Positions 15,232 to 22,377 of a DNA stretch of 32,000 nucleotides are shown one piece after another. The stretch's first letter is position 1. Each line of letters begins with the position of its first letter. Below the pieces are notes generated by a model. That model was not told the DNA's origin and searched no databases. It saw only the letters and a list, made by a program, of their open reading frames with translations. Source of the stretch: Microbacterium phage Nicole72; the sequence record OR159674.1. One strand, written 5' to 3'. The translations under genes and the position numbers were made by a program.

Positions 15232-17253
15232 ATGGCACCCATCAAGCGCCGCACCTCGCGGAGCATCGTCACGCTCGCGACCGCCTACGCCGATCAGGCC
15301 GACGAGTCGCTGACCATCCCGGAAGACCTGACCACGCTGTCGGACGACGAACTCGCCGCGCTGAGCACGAGCGCCAACGAGGCGTTCGACGCGCTCTACG
15401 GCGACGGTTCCGCCGACCTGTCCGCTGAGGACATGGCGACCCTCGCCTCGCTCACCGAGGGCATCGAGGCGCTCGCCGCCGAGGAGGAGCGCCGCGAGAC
15501 GGAGGTGGCTGACCGCCGCGCCGCCGCTGACGCGCTCGCCGCTCGTCGCCAGTCCGCGCTCGGAGCCGACGACACCGAGGGTGCCGCTGGTGGCGACGAC
15601 GAGGACGCCGACGCTGAGGGCGACGAGGACGGCGAGGAGGGCGACGGCGAGGACGGCGAGGACGACCCCGACGCCGAGGACGCCGACAACGCCGCCGAGA
15701 CGGTCACCGCCTCGGGTCGTCGCGGCCCCATCGCGATCAACCTGCGCTCGACGCGCTCGCGTGCGCCGAAGCAGAAGCGCGGCCCCTCGGGCGGCTCCGG
15801 TGCCAAGGACAAGACGATGCGCGACTACGCCTTCGCCGCGACCGAGGAACTGGGCCAGAACATGGGTGCGGGCATCACGCACACCGAGGCGGGCCAGATG
15901 CTCTCGAAGCGACTCGGCACGTTCCAGCAGTCGGCCTACGAGAGCGCGGCGCGTCGCGGCCAGCACATGCGCGAACAGCACCCGCTCATGACCTTCAAGC
16001 GCGACATCCCCGCCGACCTCATCGTGGCGTCGGCCACGTCGGTCGAGGACGCCGCCCAGGTCATCAACCGCGCCATCGACCAGTCCCGCCTCCCGGGCGG
16101 CTCGCTGACGGCGGCTGGCTGGTGTGCTCCCTCGGAGCCCATGTACGACATCTGCACCACGGCGAGCCGCGACGGCCTGCTCAGCGTGCCCGAGGTCGGC
16201 GTGAACCGCGGCGGTCTGCTCATCCCGCGCACCCCGTCGTTCGCGGAGTTCTACAACGAGATCGGGTTCCACTTCACGGAGCAGGACGCCATCGACGGCA
16301 ACTACGCCGCAGGCTCCGCGGCCCCCGCTCGCCAGAACACCACGGCTGTCACCGATGGCCAGTTCCGCTCGTGGGGCGGCGCGACGTTCGAGGTCGAGGT
16401 CGCGGGCACGACGGGCGCGAGCGCTCCGACTGTCCCGCCGCTCGTCGGCCTCACCGTCACGGACGGCACCGTCACGTGGCGTCGCGTCGCGGGCACGCCC
16501 AACGTCGAGGGCTCGAAGCCGTGCTACGAGATGCCCTGCCCGACGTGGGACGACCTGCGCCTGGAGGGTGACGGCCTCTGCCTCACCGCCGACCTCATCC
16601 AGCAGAGGGGCTACCCCGAGGGTCTGGCGTGGGCGACGGAGAACGCGCTCATCGCGCACGATCACAAGATCAGCGCCGCTCGCATCAACAAGATGGTGGC
16701 GGGCTCGACCTCCTACGTGTTCACCACGGGCACGGTCGGCGCGACCGCTCCGCTCCTCGCGAGCATCGAGATTCGCGCCGAGGCCATCCGGTACAACGGT
16801 CGCCTGGCGCGCAACACCCTCCTCGAAGGCGTGTTCCCGTTCTGGGTCCGCGGCGTCATCCGCCAGGACCTCAGCGTCCGCCTCGGTGTGGACTTCCTGT
16901 CCGTCACGAACGCGCAGATCGACGCCTGGTTCACCCAGCGCGGCATCGTGCCCCAGTACGTGTACGACTGGCAGCCCATCCCCGAGAACGCGACCACGTG
17001 GCCTGCCACCATCTCGTTCCTCATGTACGAGGCGAGCGCGTGGATCGGCATCGTGGACGACATCATCACGCTCAACACGGTCTACGACTCGACCCAGCTC
17101 GGCCAGAACAAGTACACCGCGCTGTTCACCGAGGAGGCCTGGAACCTCGGCCTCCGGTGCGGCGAGTCCGACGTGGTGACCGTGCCGATCTGCGCCAACG
17201 GCGCGACCGCCGCGGGCGAGGTGCTCGACTGCGACCTGACCCCCGCTGAGTAA
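15232..17253 (+). CDS. Major capsid protein with N-terminal acidic/scaffold-like extension
   Basis: ATG at 15232 with GGAG 6 nt upstream; large gene following the protease. The N-terminus is helical and acidic (GDDEDADAEGDEDGEEGDGEDGEDDPDAEDADN), then a long folded domain. Confidence 0.75.
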   Translation: MAPIKRRTSRSIVTLATAYADQADESLTIPEDLTTLSDDELAALSTSANEAFDALYGDGSADLSAEDMATLASLTEGIEALAAEEERRETEVADRRAAADALAARRQSALGADDTEGAAGGDDEDADAEGDEDGEEGDGEDGEDDPDAEDADNAAETVTASGRRGPIAINLRSTRSRAPKQKRGPSGGSGAKDKTMRDYAFAATEELGQNMGAGITHTEAGQMLSKRLGTFQQSAYESAARRGQHMREQHPLMTFKRDIPADLIVASATSVEDAAQVINRAIDQSRLPGGSLTAAGWCAPSEPMYDICTTASRDGLLSVPEVGVNRGGLLIPRTPSFAEFYNEIGFHFTEQDAIDGNYAAGSAAPARQNTTAVTDGQFRSWGGATFEVEVAGTTGASAPTVPPLVGLTVTDGTVTWRRVAGTPNVEGSKPCYEMPCPTWDDLRLEGDGLCLTADLIQQRGYPEGLAWATENALIAHDHKISAARINKMVAGSTSYVFTTGTVGATAPLLASIEIRAEAIRYNGRLARNTLLEGVFPFWVRGVIRQDLSVRLGVDFLSVTNAQIDAWFTQRGIVPQYVYDWQPIPENATTWPATISFLMYEASAWIGIVDDIITLNTVYDSTQLGQNKYTALFTEEAWNLGLRCGESDVVTVPICANGATAAGEVLDCDLTPAE

Positions 17254-17287
17254 GACGCTGACGACGACGAAAGGACGGTGAGCCAGC

Positions 17288-18094
17288 ATGGCGCTGATTG
17301 CTCCACCTGCCCCCGTCGCCGCCCCGGCCCGAACGCCGCTTCCGTTCGGGCTGGGGAGCGTCCTCGGCTGGCGCACAGGCGACCGATGGGAGTCGGGCGT
17401 CACGTGGCAGTCGATCACGTGCGGCCCTGCGATGGGCCGCGGTGGCCCCGAGTGTGACCCCGACGAGGCCGTGGGTCTACCCAAGGACTTCTCCGGCGAG
17501 CGCACGCTGGGCGAGGCGACGCCGTTCGTGATCTACGGGCACGACGCCTGCAACATGATCGCGAACTCGTTCGAGGAGGCTCAGGCCTTCGCGACGAACC
17601 ACCTTCTCGCTCGCGAGGAGGAGCGCGCCGAGCAGGCGCTGTGGACGGGCGACCTCGGCAACGTGCCGAACTTCTCCGGTGCCAACGGCGCGGATGCACC
17701 GATCGACCTCGGTGACTTCCTCGTCCCGCTCGACGCGCTCGCCGCGGTGGAGCAGGGCATCGCTGAGCAGTACGGCTCCCAGGGCGTGATCCACATGAGC
17801 CGCAACACCGCGACGCTCCTCGGCAAGCACCTGGAGAAGCGCGGCGGACGGCTCTACACGCGAGCGCTGGACACGCCTGTCGTCGCTGGCGCGGGCTACC
17901 CGGACGGCTCCATCGTGGGCTCGCCCGCGATGCTCGGCTACCGCGGCGACGTGCTCACGTCGTCCAACCGACCCGGCGACCTCCTCGACCGCGCGAGCAA
18001 CACGCTCTATGCGGTCGCGGAGCGCGAGTACGTCATCGGTATCGACGCCTGCCCCATCGTGCAGGCGACCATCACCATCGAGGAGACGCCGTGA
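17288..18094 (+). CDS. Structural protein downstream of capsid (possible minor capsid)
   Basis: MALIAPPAPVAAPARTPLPFGLGSVLGW...VIHMSRNTATLLGKHLEKRGGRLYTRALDTPVVAGAGYPDGSIVGSPAMLGYRGDV; SD GAAAGGA upstream. Confidence 0.55.
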   Translation: MALIAPPAPVAAPARTPLPFGLGSVLGWRTGDRWESGVTWQSITCGPAMGRGGPECDPDEAVGLPKDFSGERTLGEATPFVIYGHDACNMIANSFEEAQAFATNHLLAREEERAEQALWTGDLGNVPNFSGANGADAPIDLGDFLVPLDALAAVEQGIAEQYGSQGVIHMSRNTATLLGKHLEKRGGRLYTRALDTPVVAGAGYPDGSIVGSPAMLGYRGDVLTSSNRPGDLLDRASNTLYAVAEREYVIGIDACPIVQATITIEETP

Positions 18095-18873
18095 GCGACG
18101 ACACGAACACCAAGGCGGCTGAGGCCGTCTACCCGGACGGCTCGACGCCGCCCCTCGACCCGGCGACGGGCCTGCCGATCCTGGAGGACCGCTCTGCGGA
18201 CTTCCCTGACGAGGCCGCGGAGGCTGTCGAGGTCGTCGCTGAGCCCGTGACGAGCACGGGACGCCGCCTGGGTGCGACGAGCGGCATCAGCGCGTTCCGC
18301 GGGCTCATGGCCAAGCGTCGCGAGCGCGCCAAGCCGACGCCCGAGCCCGTGACGGCTCCCGTCGTGCCCGACACCGAGGAGGAGCGGGCCGCGGCGCTCG
18401 CCGCCGCCGCCGAGAAGGGCTACACGGAGGCCGACCTCATCGACAGCGACGGGAACCCGCTCGACGTGGCGGGCATCTATCGGTCGCTGACCGTCGAGGG
18501 CGAGGAGGACGGCGCTGAGGGCTCCGAGGACGCCGGAGGCTCCGACGACAGCGGCGACGACGGTTCGACGCCTGACGCGGCGGCTGAGGCCGCTCCCGAG
18601 GGTGCTGAGGGCGACGACGCAGGCTCCGACGACGCGACCGGCGACGACGGCGCGGCAGACGACGCGGGCGACGAGGGCTCCGAGGAGGAGGACGGCAACG
18701 AGGAGCCGCCCGCCGAGCCGGAGCCGGAGACGCCCAGCGATGAGGGCTTCGACCCCGAGGCTCACACGGTCACCGAGGTTCAGGCCTACCTCGCTGAGCA
18801 CCCCGACCAGGCCACCTACGTCCTCGACCGCGAGCGCACCGGCAAGGCGCGCGTCACCCTGATCGGAGCCTGA
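18091..18873 (+). CDS. Acidic, low-complexity virion-associated hypothetical protein
   Basis: GTG start overlapping the upstream stop; long D/E/G/A-rich centre and an ordered C-terminus (HTVTEVQAYLAEHPDQATYVLDRERTGKARVTLIG). Confidence 0.6.
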   Translation: MSDDTNTKAAEAVYPDGSTPPLDPATGLPILEDRSADFPDEAAEAVEVVAEPVTSTGRRLGATSGISAFRGLMAKRRERAKPTPEPVTAPVVPDTEEERAAALAAAAEKGYTEADLIDSDGNPLDVAGIYRSLTVEGEEDGAEGSEDAGGSDDSGDDGSTPDAAAEAAPEGAEGDDAGSDDATGDDGAADDAGDEGSEEEDGNEEPPAEPEPETPSDEGFDPEAHTVTEVQAYLAEHPDQATYVLDRERTGKARVTLIGA

Positions 18874-18874
18874 C

Positions 18875-19567
18875 ATGGCAACGCATTGCTTCATCCCGCT
18901 CCTCGGCAAGCGCATCCGCGTCACCGAACTCGATTCGTGTGGCGTGATCCCCGAGGACGCGACCCAGATCAGCACGGACGGGTTCGTGTCGATCACCCTC
19001 TCGGCTGAGGTCGAGGAGGGCAACGAAATCATCGTCCGCAAGGCCAGCGGCGCGCTGTGCGTGAACGAGAAGCAGGCCGACTCGTTCAAGCGCTTCACCG
19101 TCGAGATGGACTTCTGCGGCGTGAACCCGTCGCTCCTCGCGCTCACCACGAACGCGGAGGAGTACGCGGACGGCGACGAGGTGATCGGCTTCACGGTTCC
19201 CGAGGGTGAAATCCTCAAGTGGTTCGCGCTCGAACTGTGGACGGGCCTCAGCGGCGCGGTCTGCGCGCCGGGTGCTGAGGAGGCGTCGGGCTACGTGCTC
19301 CTGCCGTTCGTCGTCGCTGGCGTCCTCGGTGACATCGAGGTGACCGGCGAGGACGCGATCACGTTCCAGATGACGGGCGCGGCGACCAAGGGTGGCAACG
19401 GCTGGGGCGTCGGCCCCTACGACGTGTACATGAGCGGCACGCCGACCCCCACGGCAGGCCCGCTCCCCGAGGCCATCGACGCCTTCGATCACCTCCTGAT
19501 GATCGAGACGAACATGGCACCGCCGCCCGACGCCTGCGACCCGGCACCCGTCCCGACCGGAGCCTGA
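18875..19567 (+). CDS. Probable major tail protein
   Basis: MATHCFIPLLGKRIRVTELDSCGVIPEDATQISTDGFVSITLSAEVEEGNEIIVRKASG...; beta-rich protein in tail-tube position. Confidence 0.65.
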   Translation: MATHCFIPLLGKRIRVTELDSCGVIPEDATQISTDGFVSITLSAEVEEGNEIIVRKASGALCVNEKQADSFKRFTVEMDFCGVNPSLLALTTNAEEYADGDEVIGFTVPEGEILKWFALELWTGLSGAVCAPGAEEASGYVLLPFVVAGVLGDIEVTGEDAITFQMTGAATKGGNGWGVGPYDVYMSGTPTPTAGPLPEAIDAFDHLLMIETNMAPPPDACDPAPVPTGA

Positions 19568-19570
19568 CGC

Positions 19571-20485
19571 ATGGCTGAGCCCGAAGCGCTCACCGACGAC
19601 GACGCCGCCGCCCCCGAGGCGGCGGCGCTCGTCGTTCCGGCAGAGCCTCCCGTGACCGAGGCGTGCGCATGGCCCGCCGCCTACATCAACTGCCAGGACG
19701 GCGCGTGCGACGCCTTCGACGCCTACGACGACCCCGAGCAGGCGCGAGCCTGGTTCGAGGCGATGGCGACGGACATCCTGTGGAACGCCACGGGCCAGGT
19801 GTTCGGCGTGTGCGATGTCGAGGTGCGCCCGTGCCGCGACGACTGCTCCGGCAACATGCAGTGGTCCTCGACGTTCTGGGGCCGCGGCCCCGGCTTCGAC
19901 CCGGGCTTCCCGCGTGCTGGCATGGGTGGCGCATCGACGGGCGGCTTCTACCCCGTGCTCGTGTCGGGCCAGTGGTTCAACATCACCTGCGGATGCCTCG
20001 GCACGTGCTCGTGCTCGCCCAGCGGCCCCTCGACGCTCAGCCTCCCCGGCCCCGTGCAGAGCGTCGAGGAGGTCACCATCGACGGCGTGCCCGTGCCGCC
20101 GACCTCCTACCGCGTGGATCGTGGGCGCTGGCTCATCCGCACGGACGGCGAGGTGTGGCCGCGATGCCAGGACATGAACGTCCCCGCCGACGCCATCGGA
20201 TCGTTCGTCGTGCGCTACCGCCGCGGCGTCCCCGTGCCCGCGATGGGCTCGGCGGCTGTCGGGCGGCTCGCGTGCGAACTCGCTCTCGCGTGGTGCGGCT
20301 CGGACGACTGCGCGCTCCCCGAGCGCATCCAGACCATCACCCGCCAGGGGCTCACCGTGGGCGTCAACACGAGCGACGTGGCGTGGGCGCAGACCGGCAT
20401 CTGGGCCATCGACAACTGGGTGACGCAGGTGAATAAGCCGCGCCCGTTCGCGTCTGTGCGCTCGGTGGACATCCCGGTACGGTGA
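19571..20485 (+). CDS. Cysteine-rich head-to-tail connector-like protein
   Basis: 304 aa with about 14 cysteines, including CGCLGTCSC; lies between the tail tube and gp10-like genes. Confidence 0.55.
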   Translation: MAEPEALTDDDAAAPEAAALVVPAEPPVTEACAWPAAYINCQDGACDAFDAYDDPEQARAWFEAMATDILWNATGQVFGVCDVEVRPCRDDCSGNMQWSSTFWGRGPGFDPGFPRAGMGGASTGGFYPVLVSGQWFNITCGCLGTCSCSPSGPSTLSLPGPVQSVEEVTIDGVPVPPTSYRVDRGRWLIRTDGEVWPRCQDMNVPADAIGSFVVRYRRGVPVPAMGSAAVGRLACELALAWCGSDDCALPERIQTITRQGLTVGVNTSDVAWAQTGIWAIDNWVTQVNKPRPFASVRSVDIPVR

Positions 20486-20489
20486 GCGC

Positions 20490-20954
20490 ATGGCCCTCCC
20501 CGACTTCGCATCGTTCCTGACGTACTACCGCGACCTCGTGGGGACGGCGCTGACGCCGACCCCCGGCAAGTTGTTCGTCCAGCCTGGCGAGCAGGTGGCG
20601 TGGGATCAGTGCGACTGCGACGGGCAAGGCTGGGCGCGGCTCGTGCGCGCTGACCCGATCTACGGACAGACCAAGGCGAACGGCGTCCCGTGCATCGTGC
20701 GCTGGGAGGTGCAGTTCGCTGTCGGCGTGCTCCGGTGCGTCACCGGCCCGACCGACAAGGGCAAACTCCCGAGCGCCGCGACCATCTCGTCCGAGGGCGT
20801 CGTGTTCGCGAACGACATGGTGGCCCTCATGAGCGCCATCGAATGCGACCAGTACGTGAAGCGCATGATCGAGGCCGTGCCGCTCGGCCCGGAGGGCGGC
20901 TGTGCGGGCTCCGAGGTGCGGTTCGTCGTGCACGTTCAGCCGTGCTGTGACTAG
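20490..20954 (+). CDS. Head-to-tail connector-like protein
   Basis: MALPDFASFLTYYRDLVGTALTPTPGKLFVQPGEQVAWDQCDCDGQGWARLVR...; position in the connector cluster. Confidence 0.55.
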   Translation: MALPDFASFLTYYRDLVGTALTPTPGKLFVQPGEQVAWDQCDCDGQGWARLVRADPIYGQTKANGVPCIVRWEVQFAVGVLRCVTGPTDKGKLPSAATISSEGVVFANDMVALMSAIECDQYVKRMIEAVPLGPEGGCAGSEVRFVVHVQPCCD

Positions 20955-20956
20955 AC

Positions 20957-21364
20957 ATGGGCGGCGTCAAGATCACGATTCACCGTGGTCAGGTCATCCA
21001 GGCGGTCGGGCCTATCGCTGAGCGCGCGGCCTACCTCGGGGCGCAGAAGGCGCGCGGCTACGTGATGAGCGAGATTCAGAAGTCGGGTCGCGTGGACACG
21101 GGCCGCATGATCGCAGGGATGCAGGTGCGCAAGGTCGCCAGCGGCCCGCTCGTGCGTCGCTTCGAGGTGTCGTCGTCAGCGCCCTACACGCTGTTCCAGA
21201 ACGCCGGGACGCGCGCTCACGGCCCGCGCTCGGCTGAGTTCATGGTGTTCACGCCGAAGGGCGGCGGCGGGGTCGTGTTCGCGAAGTGGGTCAAGGGCAT
21301 CCAGGGCGCTCATTTCATGGAGAAGGGGCTGGCGCGTGTGCGTGCCGCCGACTTCGTGGGCTGA
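20957..21364 (+). CDS. Minor capsid/tail-completion protein, HK97 gp10-like
   Basis: KSGRVDTGRMIAGMQVRKVA...YTLFQNAGTRAHGP...GAHFMEKGLARV pattern. Confidence 0.65.
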   Translation: MGGVKITIHRGQVIQAVGPIAERAAYLGAQKARGYVMSEIQKSGRVDTGRMIAGMQVRKVASGPLVRRFEVSSSAPYTLFQNAGTRAHGPRSAEFMVFTPKGGGGVVFAKWVKGIQGAHFMEKGLARVRAADFVG

Positions 21365-21477
21365 GCGGCCCAGCGTGAGGCGCTGAGCGTCGATCTGAGG
21401 CTCGCGGCTGTCGTCGGACGCTCACGCGCTCCCGACGCCGCACAGCGGCGCACAGGGCCGCTAACCCGGGTTGGTGC

Positions 21478-21483
21478 TACTCT
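21478..21483 (+). promoter_or_regulatory. Candidate -10 element (TGC-TACTCT) of a leaderless promoter
   Basis: GGTGCTACTCTCGCGGA-ATG: hexamer ends 6 nt before the ATG at 21490, no Shine-Dalgarno. The AACCCGGGTT palindrome lies just upstream. Confidence 0.45.
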
Positions 21484-21489
21484 CGCGGA

Positions 21490-21936
21490 ATGGCAGACAA
21501 CGAGACTCCCCCCGTCCAGCCCGCGCGCCGCGTCGTCACGACCAAGCGCAAGGCACCGACCGACCGACAGGCGAAGGCGACGCCCGCGAAAGCCGCCAAG
21601 CCCGCTCCCATCATCGACATCGAGGACGAGGAAGTCCCGATCCCGGTGCGACTCATCGGCAAGGACTACGAGGCACACCGCCCGAAGGCCATGCTGGCGA
21701 TCCGGCTGGGCGAGCGCGTGCAGAACGTCGATCTGGAGGACACCGAGGAGGCCATCGCCGCCATCACGTCGTTCCTCCGGCTCGTGTTCGACACGCAGAC
21801 GAGCGAGGCCATCATGGCGCGCCTCGAAGACCCGGACGACCGCCTCGACGTGCACCACCTCCTGACGTTCGTGGATCGCATGACGGAGGCCGTCACGGGT
21901 CGCCCTCCTACGTCGCCTCCCGCCTCGGCCAACTAG
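21490..21936 (+). CDS. Tail assembly chaperone 1 (pre-frameshift product)
   Basis: Position directly upstream of the tape measure gene; typical acidic chaperone with an overlapping -1 frame continuation. Confidence 0.85.
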   Translation: MADNETPPVQPARRVVTTKRKAPTDRQAKATPAKAAKPAPIIDIEDEEVPIPVRLIGKDYEAHRPKAMLAIRLGERVQNVDLEDTEEAIAAITSFLRLVFDTQTSEAIMARLEDPDDRLDVHHLLTFVDRMTEAVTGRPPTSPPASAN

Positions 21937-22280
21937 CCGTCCAGAGGTGGGAGGAGTTGAACGGCTTCGCCGTCGCTCAGGGCATGGCCGACATCCGCAC
22001 CCTCCCCGTGTCGTCGTTCCTCGACTTCGTGTGGCACATGCTCACGCGCAACGCCGACGACAAGGCGGTCGAGAAGTTCCGACGCACGCTCTGGATGCCG
22101 CCGAAGGGCGTCGTCGCGGACGCGCGCTCGCCGTGGTCGGCTGAGGCCGAGACGCGGGCCTTCCAGGCCGTGAAGGCGATGACGACGGGCAACGCGCCCA
22201 AGGCCATCACTGACATGCAGGGCTCGATGCGCGAGCGCGCGGCGGCGGCAGGCAAGGCGCGCGCGAGCGCCGCATCGTAG
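21490..22280 (+). CDS. Tail assembly chaperone fusion made by predicted -1 frameshift
   Basis: The -1 frame continues as SPSYVASRLGQLAVQRWEELNGFAVAQGMADIRTLPVSSFLDFVWHMLTRNADDKAVEKFRRTLW... to the stop at 22280. Candidate slip region 21897-21906. Confidence 0.8.
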
Positions 22281-22377
22281 CGCGTCGCGCCGCGTGCGGA
22301 TACCCTGGGTCGAGAACACAGGGCGACGCTCATTCCGCCCACCCGGGCTACGGCATTGGTGAACGGAGGAGCATCGA

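Noticed and set aside
13303-17505. 1400-aa minus-strand ORF opposite the protease and capsid genes
   Set aside because: GC-rich codon bias creates long open antisense frames. The translation is Arg/Val/Glu-rich low-complexity, with no motifs or credible start signal, and lies opposite well-supported structural genes.
21471-21890. 5' part of the frame-3 ORF 21471..22280 as an independent gene
   Set aside because: Only the part after about 21900 looks like a real protein. The upstream portion is a shadow of the chaperone gene, so a frameshift product explains it better.
22301-22306. TACCCT as a -10 element before the tape measure gene
   Set aside because: Matches TANNNT but lacks the shared GYGCTAC context; too weak in this sequence to claim.
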